Source of the DNA: Candidatus Levyibacteriota bacterium
GTDB taxonomy: Bacteria; Patescibacteriota; Microgenomatia; Levybacterales; UBA12049
Direction of reading: 5' to 3'
Assembly (NCBI GenBank): GCA_038205015.1
Contig: JBBRCK010000001.1
Span: 51,862-115,861 of the forward strand
Length of the DNA: 64,000 bases
The translations under genes were made by a program, and so were the position numbers. The stretch's first letter is position 1. Each line of letters begins with the position of its first letter. Of the stretch, positions 7,909 to 17,556 are shown piece by piece. The notes below the pieces were generated by a model, which searched no databases, had not been told where the DNA came from, and was given only the letters and a program-made list of their open reading frames with translations.

Positions 7909-10397
7909 GCTTGTATTGCTTCTTCTGCTTGCTGGTTGTGACCAAATAATTTTAGAATCAGCTTCATATCGTCGAGTGCTTTTTGATTATAGTCTTTATT
8001 TATAACTTTTCCGCTCTTGTCAATTGCTGCCTGTCTATAAAATATTCCTAAAGCATAATAGGCATTGTAGTAGTCATTTTTAATCTTAACCGTGTTTTCA
8101 AGAGTACTAATTGCCATTGGTATGTTTCCGGTTTGACCGTATAAAACACCTAAATTGTAAGAAACATCGGCGTCGGTTGGGGCAAGTTCTTGAGATTTTT
8201 TAATTGCTCCTAAAGCTTGGGGAAGGTAGTTTGGGTCAATTTGTCCAAGAGTATAGAAGATTCTGGTTTTTGTTTTCCAGAAGACAATATTATTAGGACT
8301 GTCGGTAGTGACCTGAGTCGTAAGATTAATAGAGTTGTCGATTAGCTGTTTGGCTATTTGGATGTTTTGTTGCTGTTGTTCTTTGGGAAGTTTTGAAATT
8401 TGATTAGCAATTGTTGCACCTAAAACAGCATTGTTATAAGCAAATTCATCTTTAAAAACCGGTTCGTCAGGCCTTTGTTCGATAGCCTTTTTTAAGTAAA
8501 CGTATGCTTTTTGATAATCTTGGGTCCTATCGTAATTATATCCAAAATAATAATTTCTGTCCGCGTTCCAAAAGCTGGAAAGGGTATAAATAAAGTAAAA
8601 AATAAGCAACGAACCAACCACAATCAGGGTTTTTTGAAGGATGTTAGTGGTATAAATTTCGTGTTTAGAAAAAGAGATAGAGTACTCTTTTTCGGGGTTA
8701 ATTAATCCTGCCAAGACAAAGACAAACGCCGGAATTGTAAAGAAAAATACATTTATAATTACAACCGAAAATCCGAAGAAATTGGATATCAGTATGCCAA
8801 AATAGCCACCAACAATAGAAATAATCAAAAAGTCTTTTTCCGCCAGATGTTTTCTTCTTTTATAAATATATTTGCCTGTGAAGAAAAGAAAACCGCCAAT
8901 CATAGAAAGATAGGTTGCGATTCCAAAAGTTCCGGTAGTTGCAAGGTAATTTAAAAACTCGTTGTGGGCTTTGTTATAGAGAAATTTCCACTCAGAGGTT
9001 AAATTATGAGCTGCTGGTCTGTATTTATAGTATGCGAAAGCATACGTTTCAACTCCTGAGCCAAAAATTGGGTTATTTTTCCAAATATTAATTGCTCCTC
9101 CCCAAACCAAAAGTCTGATGATACCTGAATCGGTTCCGCCAAGTTCTCCGGTTGGTAAAGTCCCTTTTTGTGCAGGAGTAGGTGTGGGTGTAATAGCCGT
9201 TTTTGTGTTTTTTGGTGTAACCACGGGTTGAGATTTTGTAAAGTAACGTGCCTGAAGTCCTTGATAAGTAAATTTATTTAGTTGTCCGAAAGGTTGTCCT
9301 GCAAAAAAAGTAATAGTTGTAACAATTACTAAAAGAAAAATTATTATTTTAAAATCAATATTAAATTTTTTAGAAAGTAGCTCGTGTTTTAAGTGAAACC
9401 AAGCATAAAAAATTAAAACGATTGGAAAAACAATCCAAAAAGCTAAAATTGCCGATCTTGCTTGGGTATACAAAAGTGATAAATAGAATGCTGCAAAAAT
9501 TACTAAGAAACTAATCAAGTAAAATAGATTCAGATTTTTAAGTAAAGATATTTTTTTGTCAAAAAATGCCTTTCCTTTGGAGAAATTAATTCCTAAAGCG
9601 GCAATTACTGGTAGAATTACGATTAAATATGCCGCCATCCAGTCCGGTTGCCCCAGGGTTGAGAAAATTCTAACTTTTGGTTGAAAATCATTAGTCCAGC
9701 AGGATACGTCAAATGACCCTCTAAACAAAAGACAAGTTGGATCGTATCCAAAATGCGAAGGAAGTCCCCATAAAACAATTAGTGCGGCAGAAGAGAATAT
9801 AGCATAAAAAGCTTTGTTTAAATATCCTTTTGGCGCACCATACATAAACACTGCAAATGAGGCTAAGGCGCCAACCAAAGTAGCTACCATTTGATAAGGG
9901 AATCCTGCTGCTTCGGTGGTTTTAATACCGGAAGAAACTAGCGTACCGATAAAAAAGATTACAATGCCTGCTAAAAAAATGTAAACATTTTTAATCCCAA
10001 ACCCCACTTTTTCTTCTTTAGCATCTTTTAGATTTGAAAGGAAAGCATAGTATAAGAATACATAGGAAAATATCGACAAAAGGCCGCCATTAAACCTTGA
10101 GTAATATCCCCAAATTGAAACATGCATATCCATCGAGATAAAAGTTGAAATAATTTGAGATACCAAGAATAAGGCAATCGGAATATCAAGTGGAGTTTTT
10201 TGAATGGAAAACTTTTTTCTGATTACCATTTTTGTAAACCAGGCAAGAGCAATTATTAAGGTTAGAATATATGTAATCCAGAGTTTATTAAATTCAAAAA
10301 GTTCGGATGTATCGCTGGTTAGAGCCAGTGGAACAAGGAAAAAAACGAGGTAAAAGGAATATTCGATGACTTTATTACAAAAATTAAATAATTTCAT
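7896..10397 (-). CDS. O-antigen ligase/oligosaccharyltransferase-like membrane protein with C-terminal TPRs
   Basis: STLGQP, R..VW...P.FGSG, AHNEFL (Wzy_C) and a TPR-like tail. Confidence 0.85.
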   Translation of the reverse strand: MKLFNFCNKVIEYSFYLVFFLVPLALTSDTSELFEFNKLWITYILTLIIALAWFTKMVIRKKFSIQKTPLDIPIALFLVSQIISTFISMDMHVSIWGYYSRFNGGLLSIFSYVFLYYAFLSNLKDAKEEKVGFGIKNVYIFLAGIVIFFIGTLVSSGIKTTEAAGFPYQMVATLVGALASFAVFMYGAPKGYLNKAFYAIFSSAALIVLWGLPSHFGYDPTCLLFRGSFDVSCWTNDFQPKVRIFSTLGQPDWMAAYLIVILPVIAALGINFSKGKAFFDKKISLLKNLNLFYLISFLVIFAAFYLSLLYTQARSAILAFWIVFPIVLIFYAWFHLKHELLSKKFNIDFKIIIFLLVIVTTITFFAGQPFGQLNKFTYQGLQARYFTKSQPVVTPKNTKTAITPTPTPAQKGTLPTGELGGTDSGIIRLLVWGGAINIWKNNPIFGSGVETYAFAYYKYRPAAHNLTSEWKFLYNKAHNEFLNYLATTGTFGIATYLSMIGGFLFFTGKYIYKRRKHLAEKDFLIISIVGGYFGILISNFFGFSVVIINVFFFTIPAFVFVLAGLINPEKEYSISFSKHEIYTTNILQKTLIVVGSLLIFYFIYTLSSFWNADRNYYFGYNYDRTQDYQKAYVYLKKAIEQRPDEPVFKDEFAYNNAVLGATIANQISKLPKEQQQQNIQIAKQLIDNSINLTTQVTTDSPNNIVFWKTKTRIFYTLGQIDPNYLPQALGAIKKSQELAPTDADVSYNLGVLYGQTGNIPMAISTLENTVKIKNDYYNAYYALGIFYRQAAIDKSGKVINKDYNQKALDDMKLILKLFGHNQQAEEAIQAWSK

Positions 10398-10486
10398 TGA
10401 GCTTTAAGTTTACAAATAATCCTAACATATTGGAAAAACTTCGGCAAGATGTTATTATGATAGAGAATTTTTCAGTTCATTTTTTT

Positions 10487-11587
10487 ATGTTTAATAAGTT
10501 ATTCAGTTTTTTTTCTTACGATATTGGAATCGATTTAGGTACCGCTAATACTTTGGTTTTTGTTAAGGGAAAGGGGGTTGTGATAAGAGAGCCTTCGGTT
10601 GTAGCAATGCATAAGAAAACAAAAAAGGTAATCGCGATTGGTTCGGAAGCTAAGAAAATGATTGGTAAGACTCCGGCTACTATTATAACCGTAAGACCTC
10701 TTCGGGGCGGAGTAATTTCGGATTTTGACGCAACTCTGGCAATGATTTCCCATTACATTCAGGAAGTTCACGAAGTGGGAAGTGCCTTGCCAAAAGCTTT
10801 TTCAAGACCAAGAGTAGTAATCGGAATTCCGTCCGCGGTTACCGAGGTTGAAAGAAGAGCTGTTTGGGAAGCAGCTCTAAATGCCGGAGCAAGAGAAGCA
10901 TTTTTAATCGAAGAACCAATGGCAGCAGCGATTGGAGAGAATATTTCGGTTTTTGCTCCAACCGGAGTAATGGTAGTAGATGTTGGAGGAGGAACAACGG
11001 AAATTGCAGTAATTTCTTTGGGGGGAATTGTTGTTTCGAAATCTTTAAGAGTTGCAGGAGACGATATGGATAACGCAATTATTCATTATATAAGGTTAAG
11101 GCACGGGCTTTTAATTGGAGATAAAACCGCTGAGGATTTAAAGATAAAAATCGGAAGCGCATATCAAGCTCAAAACACAAAAGTAAAAGTACAAAAACCG
11201 GATGAAGGAGAGAAAAATGAACATGGTGAGAAAATGGCTGTGATAAGGGGAAGAGATATTGAAACAGGACTCCCTAAAAGTCTAAAAATTACAGAAATTG
11301 AAGTCAGAGAGGCACTTTCTCCTATTTTAACTCAAATAATAGATGTAGTTGCGGACGTTTTGGAGGATTCTCCGCCGGAATTAACTTCGGATATTTTAGA
11401 GCATGGAGTTTTATTAACCGGTGGTGGCTCGCTTTTGCCGGGTTTTGATCATTTAATTGTTGAAAGAATTCATATTCCGGTTCTACGAAGTGAAGATCCA
11501 CTGACATCGGTTGTAAGAGGAACAGGAAAAGTTTTGGAAGATGATACTCTTTTGCAAAGAGTTAAAGTAATTGGCGGCCTCAAGTAG
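10487..11587 (+). CDS. mreB: Rod shape-determining protein MreB
   Basis: IGIDLGTANT, IEEPMAAAIG, DVGGGTTE, LTGGGSLL; ATG10487 preferred over TTG10397. Confidence 0.97.
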   Translation: MFNKLFSFFSYDIGIDLGTANTLVFVKGKGVVIREPSVVAMHKKTKKVIAIGSEAKKMIGKTPATIITVRPLRGGVISDFDATLAMISHYIQEVHEVGSALPKAFSRPRVVIGIPSAVTEVERRAVWEAALNAGAREAFLIEEPMAAAIGENISVFAPTGVMVVDVGGGTTEIAVISLGGIVVSKSLRVAGDDMDNAIIHYIRLRHGLLIGDKTAEDLKIKIGSAYQAQNTKVKVQKPDEGEKNEHGEKMAVIRGRDIETGLPKSLKITEIEVREALSPILTQIIDVVADVLEDSPPELTSDILEHGVLLTGGGSLLPGFDHLIVERIHIPVLRSEDPLTSVVRGTGKVLEDDTLLQRVKVIGGLK

Positions 11588-11599
11588 ACAAAAATGATT

Positions 11600-12076
11600 T
11601 TATGTCAGCATTATAGCGTTAAATACTTCTATCAGTTTTCCATATTCACTTCTTGGAAATATAAGCGTAGGAGGATAATCTTTTTTTATTAAATGATACA
11701 CATCGCTCATTTCTTCAACAATAGCACTTGTCGCATTTTGATTATAAGTTCTTTGTTGTGGTGAAACATACTCGCGAGTGCCCCTAAAAGTAAATTGTGG
11801 TTCTTTTGCAGTAAATACAACAGCCTCATCTCGAATTACTGGAATTGGATTAGGAAAACCACTAAATTCCATAACCACCCCCGGAGCATATAACTTCAAC
11901 TGTTGATCTCTTTGTTCTCTAATAATCGATGCTAGCTCAAATCTTGCTCTCATCCAATCTCTAGTTCCAACAATATCTGTATGCACAGCGAAGTTATAAA
12001 GTAGTCTTCCTGCGACATGTTCCATTTCGTCTACGTTGTATTTAACAACCTCTAGTTCGACGTTTCTAGCTGCCAT
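11600..12076 (-). CDS. Hypothetical protein (ORFan)
   Basis: 158-aa ORF; TTGTAA-16-TATAAT-6-ATG on the minus strand. Confidence 0.7.
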   Translation of the reverse strand: MAARNVELEVVKYNVDEMEHVAGRLLYNFAVHTDIVGTRDWMRARFELASIIREQRDQQLKLYAPGVVMEFSGFPNPIPVIRDEAVVFTAKEPQFTFRGTREYVSPQQRTYNQNATSAIVEEMSDVYHLIKKDYPPTLIFPRSEYGKLIEVFNAIMLT

Positions 12077-12152
12077 TAATGCATTATAAGAATTTATGTA
12101 AGAATTACAAGGATTATTATTAAATTAAGTTTATATTTCAGTAGTGGACAAA

Positions 12153-12470
12153 TTAAATTTCTCGAACTGTAGTCGGTTGAGTTTGAGTATCGGAGACACT
12201 GTGAGCAGTCCTTTCATTAAAAACTTCAATGACGCTTCTTCCGCCACCGTCTCTTATTAAGGCTTCATCAAGTTTTGCTCTGGCGCTTTGCATAAAAGTT
12301 TCCCTTGCAACTTGATTTCGTTGTTCCGGAGTAGTCTGAGAGCCGAGTAATAGTACTGCTTCCATGCGTAAATCAGCTAATTCCCGTTCAGCTTTTGCTA
12401 TTGTTAATCTTTGTTGGGCAATTTCTTCTTGAACTTGTCCAATGCCACGTCGTTTAAAAGGAATTTCCAT
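12153..12470 (-). CDS. Hypothetical coiled-coil protein (ORFan)
   Basis: 105-aa ORF with TATAAT just upstream. Confidence 0.65.
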   Translation of the reverse strand: MEIPFKRRGIGQVQEEIAQQRLTIAKAERELADLRMEAVLLLGSQTTPEQRNQVARETFMQSARAKLDEALIRDGGGRSVIEVFNERTAHSVSDTQTQPTTVREI

Positions 12471-12575
12471 GTTTGGGATTATATCACAGGAAGTAAATAG
12501 TTTCTAATTTTTGTAGTAGATTATTTTCCTTCTTGTACAAAAGCTTTTTTTAAATATAATAAAAAAACGGAATTT

Positions 12576-13256
12576 ATGAAAAAAATAAATTTTAAATATC
12601 TTGATGTTATTACAGGTTTTTTTGTAGCAATTCTTTTAATTTCAGACATAGCTGACACAAAAGCAATAACAGTCGGATTCTTATCGTTTGGCGGTGGAAC
12701 ATTTTTATTTCCAATTGCCTACATTTTTGGTGATATTTTAACAGAGGTTTATGGTTTCAAAAGAGCAAGGAGAGTAATTTGGATTGGATTTGCATGTGAA
12801 TTGGTAATGGCTTTGATATTTTTCATAGTTAGCCTGGCACCTGCTTCTCCTGATTGGCCATATCAAAAAGATTTTATGCATATTTTAGGTTTAACTCCAA
12901 GAATCGCTGTGGGAAGTTTGATTGCTTATTTTTTCGGAGAATTTATAAATTCGGTAATTTTAGCAAAAATGAAAATTTATACTAAAGGAAAGTATTTATG
13001 GACCAGAACAATCGGCTCAACAATTGTTGGCGAATTGGTTGACACAACTATTTTTATGTTTGTAGCATTCTATGGTGTTTTCTCGTTATCTTTAATAATT
13101 TCTATAATTATTTCAGGATATTTTCTAAAAGTTATTATGGAAGTTATATTTACACCTGTTACGTATTGGGTAGTAAGTACTCTTAAAAGAAAAGAGCATG
13201 AAGATTATTATGATAAAAAAACTAAGTTTACTCCTTTTGAATTCAACGTAGAATAA
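12576..13256 (+). CDS. Queuosine precursor transporter (VUT/YhhQ family)
   Basis: FP..Y..GD.LTEVYG, RT..ST..G...DT. Confidence 0.93.
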   Translation: MKKINFKYLDVITGFFVAILLISDIADTKAITVGFLSFGGGTFLFPIAYIFGDILTEVYGFKRARRVIWIGFACELVMALIFFIVSLAPASPDWPYQKDFMHILGLTPRIAVGSLIAYFFGEFINSVILAKMKIYTKGKYLWTRTIGSTIVGELVDTTIFMFVAFYGVFSLSLIISIIISGYFLKVIMEVIFTPVTYWVVSTLKRKEHEDYYDKKTKFTPFEFNVE

Positions 13257-13263
13257 AGATAGA

Positions 13264-13686
13264 TTATTTTCCAAAGCCAACCATAAAAGCACCGATTGCC
13301 ATCAATATGGCACCGACAATGATAGAAGCCGTTACTTTTTCTTTTAAAATAATAATTGCAAGAAAAACCGTAAAAATAAGACTTAATTTATCGATCGGTG
13401 CAACTTGGGATGCATTTCCCAATTGTAAGGCTCGGAAATAAAATAGCCAAGAAAGGCCCGTGGTAATACCTGAAAGTATTAAAAAGATTAAAGAGAATTG
13501 AGAAATCGAAGGTAATTGTTTGACTGTCCCTTGGTAAAAAACAATTCCCCAGGCAAAAATAATTATCACAACCGTTCTGATTGCAGTTGCCAGATTTGAG
13601 TCTACATGTTTAATGCCGATTTTAGCTAGAATTGCGGTTAAAGATGCAAAAAATGCGGAAAGTAAGGCGTAAATTAACCACGACAT
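13264..13686 (-). CDS. EamA/DMT transporter
   Basis: AILAKIG, SWLFYFRAL..G..S.V.PIDK.S. Confidence 0.92.
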   Translation of the reverse strand: MSWLIYALLSAFFASLTAILAKIGIKHVDSNLATAIRTVVIIIFAWGIVFYQGTVKQLPSISQFSLIFLILSGITTGLSWLFYFRALQLGNASQVAPIDKLSLIFTVFLAIIILKEKVTASIIVGAILMAIGAFMVGFGK

Positions 13687-13713
13687 ACAATTATTATATC
13701 ACTGGGAAAATTA

Positions 13714-14112
13714 TTATCTATCTTTAAGTCTATAAACAAATTTTAATGCAAACCAGGTTTTATCAATTGCAATAACTTTTATGTCAACCAATCCGTTTTC
13801 AAGGCCAATTCCCATTACTTTATTTTCGTTTAAGTCTGTTTTGTTGCCCTTGCGCCAAGAAATCCATAAAGCTCCGTTTATTTTTATACTCTTTTTAAGA
13901 AGTGGAAACATTGTTTCCAAATCTTTTCTATTTTTAGGAAAGAAATGAATTAAATCAAGGTTTTTTACAAGCTCGGTATTAACAACAATATTTTCAGGGA
14001 TTATTCCCAAAAGTTTGTAATAGTTTTTTGGCTCATTAAAAATGGCAATATTAAAATTTTCTTTAATTCCAAGCTTGTCAAAAAGCGATTTATGAGGGTA
14101 AGTGTTTTCCAT
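13714..14112 (-). CDS. DUF3052-like protein
   Basis: KLGIK...GALWISW.K...GLVD.KV.A.D.TW.A.KF. Confidence 0.8.
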   Translation of the reverse strand: MENTYPHKSLFDKLGIKENFNIAIFNEPKNYYKLLGIIPENIVVNTELVKNLDLIHFFPKNRKDLETMFPLLKKSIKINGALWISWRKGNKTDLNENKVMGIGLENGLVDIKVIAIDKTWFALKFVYRLKDR

Positions 14113-14176
14113 TCCCGTATTTTACACCAAAATGAGTAGACTTGTATGATTTTTGCAAAAAGATTAAAATGTCCTC

Positions 14177-14974
14177 ATGCAAAAAAGAAACAATTTTACG
14201 CCATATTTTTTAATTTTTCTGGTTATTTCGGTATTAATTTTCATCTTCGCAAAAACTTCTTTTTTTAAGCCCGTCAATTCTTTTTTACAAAATATTTTCT
14301 CTCCTGTTCAATCGTTAAGTTATGGAATTTATTCAAGTACCGTAAATTTTACAACTTCCTCAAAGTCAAAAAAATTAGAAGATGAAAACACTGTGCTTAG
14401 AAAAATGTTGGTTGACCAAAATAAATTAGTTCAAGACAACAAAGCCTTAATGGATCAGTTTCAGGCCCAAAATCCAAAGTCTACTAATCTTGTTCCGGCA
14501 AATGTTATTAGCGCACCAAGTTTTATTCCCGGAGTTTCTATTCCGGAAACTTTGATTTTGGATAGGGGAGAAGCAGATGGGATAAGAGTTGGTGATGGAG
14601 TAGTTTATAAAGATAATCTAGTTGGGAAAGTCATAAAAACAACGCAGCATATTTCCAGCATTATGCTTATTACCAGTTCAAGTATTTCATTTACGGCAAA
14701 AACAATGTCTACGCAAGTTTTTGGAGTAATTAAGGGCCAGGGTGGCGGGGCGTTAATTTTAGATAACGTTTTGTTATCAGATTCCTTGCAAAAAGATGAT
14801 TTAATTTTAACAAAAGGAGATGTTAGCGAAAACGGGCAGGGCTTACCGCCTGATTTAATTGTTGGAAAAATTACCTCAATAAGTAAAAATCCAAGCGATA
14901 TATTTCAAAAAGCAGAAATTCAATCTAAAGTTGATTTTATAAAACTCAACAAGGTATTTATCGTTACCAATTAA
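14177..14974 (+). CDS. mreC: Rod shape-determining protein MreC
   Basis: TM + coiled coil + LDRGEADGI..G..V...LVG.V; precedes mreD and PBP2. Confidence 0.93.
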   Translation: MQKRNNFTPYFLIFLVISVLIFIFAKTSFFKPVNSFLQNIFSPVQSLSYGIYSSTVNFTTSSKSKKLEDENTVLRKMLVDQNKLVQDNKALMDQFQAQNPKSTNLVPANVISAPSFIPGVSIPETLILDRGEADGIRVGDGVVYKDNLVGKVIKTTQHISSIMLITSSSISFTAKTMSTQVFGVIKGQGGGALILDNVLLSDSLQKDDLILTKGDVSENGQGLPPDLIVGKITSISKNPSDIFQKAEIQSKVDFIKLNKVFIVTN

Positions 14975-14977
14975 TAA

Positions 14978-15406
14978 ATGAAATTTTTTCTTGTTCTTTT
15001 TTTAATCCTGGCTCTGATTTTAGAAATAAGTTTAACTACGATTCCCTTAGTCTTTATCGTTTTATTAGTTTTCACACTGGCATTTAAAAAAAATTATATG
15101 TTTGCAATAGCTTTTTTTGTTGGACTTTTTTTTGATATTTTATCTTTTAAGCCTTTAGGAGTTTCCAGCATTTTTTTTGTTGTATTTCTTTATTTAGTGT
15201 TAATTTATCAAAGCAAGTTTGAAATAGCTTCAAATAATTTTGTTTTTGCTTCTTCTTTTTTAGGATCTTTAGCATTTTTAATGCTTTCAGGTTACAATAA
15301 TTCTATAATTTTGCAGGTGTTTTTAGCTTCGGTTATTTCGCTTGTTTTATTTACATTTATAAAGCGTATTGACAAGAGTAATTTGCAAACTTCTAAAATA
15401 ATTTAA
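14978..15406 (+). CDS. mreD: MreD-like membrane protein
   Basis: Hydrophobic, GLFFD motif, between mreC and PBP2. Confidence 0.75.
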   Translation: MKFFLVLFLILALILEISLTTIPLVFIVLLVFTLAFKKNYMFAIAFFVGLFFDILSFKPLGVSSIFFVVFLYLVLIYQSKFEIASNNFVFASSFLGSLAFLMLSGYNNSIILQVFLASVISLVLFTFIKRIDKSNLQTSKII

Positions 15407-15409
15407 ATT

Positions 15410-17179
15410 ATGTTAAAAACAGGCGCTGCTTTTGGAGACTATATCTTAAAAGATTCCAGTAGAAGAAGAAATTATGATTATGAAGGAAAAAATAATTCCA
15501 GCAGAAATTTATTTGTGCCGATAGTCTTTGTAATAATTTTCTTTATTCTTTTTGTTAGACTTTTCTTCTTGCAAGTTATAAAAGGGTACTATTATAGATA
15601 TCTTTCGGATAGTAATAGAACTAAAACATTGTCAATACATGCGCCAAGAGGAATCATTTTTGATAGAAACAAAGTTCCCCTGGTATTTAATGCGCCAGGA
15701 TATAGAGAAAAAGTTAACGGTAAAACTCTGTTTTTAAGTCAAGATGAGGCTTTGAATTTAATTGCAGCAGGTAAAAAAGATTTAGAGGTTGATAGTCTTA
15801 GGGAATATCCTTACCGAGAAGTTTTCTCGCACGTTTTAGGATATATTGGAGAAATTTCCAAAGATGAATTATCGCAAAACACCTTTAGCGGATATGGCTC
15901 GGGTGATATTATCGGAAAATCTGGAATTGAAAAACAATACGAAAACGTGCTTAAGGGAATAGACGGGCGCCAGCTTTTTGAAATTGATGCGATGGGCAAG
16001 GAGATTAGGCAGCTTGGAAAACAAGATCCTATCTCTGGGCAAAATATTACTTTAACTTTGGATTCTAAATTGCAGCAGGCAGTTTATGAGGCAACAAAGG
16101 ACGTTAAAAAAGGAGCGGTAATTGTTTCAAGTCCAAAGGGCGAAATTTTAGCTCTTTTATCTAGGCCGGCATTTGACCCAAATTTATTTACACATGGTGA
16201 AAGCTATAAAGTATCAAGTTCGAGTTCGTATCTTACTTTGCAGGATATCTTGACGGATTCCCAAAGTCAGCCGCTTTTAGATAGGAGTATCGGAGGAGTT
16301 TATCCTCCCGGTTCAACATTTAAGCTTGTTGTTGCCGCCTCGGGACTGGAAAACAAAATAATAGATAATAATTGGTCAATAGAAGATACTGGAGTTTTAA
16401 CGCTGGGAGCATTTTCATTTTCCAACTGGTATTACACGGGTTATGGTGGAAAAGACGGAAGCGTTAATGTGGTTAAGGGGATTAAGCGCTCAAACGACAT
16501 ATTTTTTTACAAGCTGGCAGAAAAAGTTGGCGTTGATAAAGTTTCGGAAACTGCCAGTAAGTTTGGGTTAGGAAAGAAAATGGGTATAGATTTGGCAGGA
16601 GAGGCAACTGGAATCGTTCCTACACAAGAATGGAAGCTAAAAACAATTGATGAGCAGTGGTATTTAGGAGACACTTATCATTATGGAATTGGGCAGGGAT
16701 TTCTTTTAACAACCCCTTTGCAAGTTAATGGTTGGACACAAGTAATTGCCAATGGTGGTTTATTATACAAGCCATATTTATTAAAGGATTCAGGACCACA
16801 AGTCTTAGCATCAAACCTTATAAATAGTTACTCAACGGATTTAATAAAAGAGGGAATGATAGAAGCTTGCAGTCCCGGAGGTGTTGCCTGGCCGCTTTTT
16901 GATTTCAAAGTTAATAATCCAAAGCTCGTAGCTGATGGGAAAAACATTATTGACGTATCGTCTGCCTCTGCCGGCACAAAGCACGTGGTTATTGCTTGTA
17001 AAACCGGTACTGCCGAGCACGGAGGAGAAGATACAAAGCCTCACGCTTGGATTACACTTTTTGCTCCAGCCTTTAATCCGGAAATTGTCGTAACTGTTTT
17101 ATCGGAAGAAAGCGGAGAGGGAAGTAATATTGCAGCGCCAATTGCGAAGAAGATTTTAGAAAATTGGTTTAGTAGGTAA
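15410..17179 (+). CDS. mrdA: Penicillin-binding protein 2
   Basis: APRG.I.DR, PGSTFK (SxxK), SND, KTGTA. Confidence 0.95.
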   Translation: MLKTGAAFGDYILKDSSRRRNYDYEGKNNSSRNLFVPIVFVIIFFILFVRLFFLQVIKGYYYRYLSDSNRTKTLSIHAPRGIIFDRNKVPLVFNAPGYREKVNGKTLFLSQDEALNLIAAGKKDLEVDSLREYPYREVFSHVLGYIGEISKDELSQNTFSGYGSGDIIGKSGIEKQYENVLKGIDGRQLFEIDAMGKEIRQLGKQDPISGQNITLTLDSKLQQAVYEATKDVKKGAVIVSSPKGEILALLSRPAFDPNLFTHGESYKVSSSSSYLTLQDILTDSQSQPLLDRSIGGVYPPGSTFKLVVAASGLENKIIDNNWSIEDTGVLTLGAFSFSNWYYTGYGGKDGSVNVVKGIKRSNDIFFYKLAEKVGVDKVSETASKFGLGKKMGIDLAGEATGIVPTQEWKLKTIDEQWYLGDTYHYGIGQGFLLTTPLQVNGWTQVIANGGLLYKPYLLKDSGPQVLASNLINSYSTDLIKEGMIEACSPGGVAWPLFDFKVNNPKLVADGKNIIDVSSASAGTKHVVIACKTGTAEHGGEDTKPHAWITLFAPAFNPEIVVTVLSEESGEGSNIAAPIAKKILENWFSR

Positions 17180-17339
17180 AATTTGAAATTTCATTTTGAT
17201 AATCATCTATCTGTTTAACTTGAGTTGAAATTCCCATAACTTTTTTTTCGAGTGCTTTTTTAATTGGAATTATTTGAGAAATTTCAAAAAATAATAAGAA
17301 CACTAAGATTAACAACGTAAGAATTGTATACTTAAACAT
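17169..17339 (-). CDS. Small membrane-anchored protein (56 aa), missing from ORF track
   Basis: MFKYTILTLLILVFLLFFEISQIIPIKKALEKKVMGISTQVKQ...; minus-strand TTGACA (17371-17376) and TAAAAT (17349-17354). Confidence 0.6.
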   Translation of the reverse strand: MFKYTILTLLILVFLLFFEISQIIPIKKALEKKVMGISTQVKQIDDYQNEISNFTY

Positions 17340-17388
17340 AATGCTGGTATTTTAATACTAAAAGTAGCAATGTCAATATGGAAAGAGA

Positions 17389-17496
17389 GCAAAACCAAAT
17401 TTGGAATCTACAAAAGTTGGAACGTTACTTTCGATGATGGAAATTAAGGCAATTATTAAAAATTGAGGAATAGGAGTTTATTTGATTATTAGCTAG
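17389..17496 (+). pseudogene. dprA: dprA 3' relic (winged-helix tail)
   Basis: AKPNLESTKVGTLLSMMEIKAIIKN*GIGVYLIIS* resembles the DprA C-terminus; directly upstream of topA, the usual dprA position. Confidence 0.6.
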
Positions 17497-17556
17497 AAAA
17501 AATACTCTTAGGCCTTGACAAAGAAGTATATACTTCTTTAGAGTAAAAAGAGTTTT

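Noticed and set aside
10397-10486. N-terminal extensions of MreB (also TrmH at 22056 and the OB protein at 51136)
   Set aside because: Upstream alternative starts in the track run through promoter regions; homology begins at the downstream ATGs
12480-12575. preQ1 riboswitch upstream of the queuosine transporter
   Set aside because: -10 box is only ~15 nt from the ATG; no preQ1 stem or GTTC loop visible
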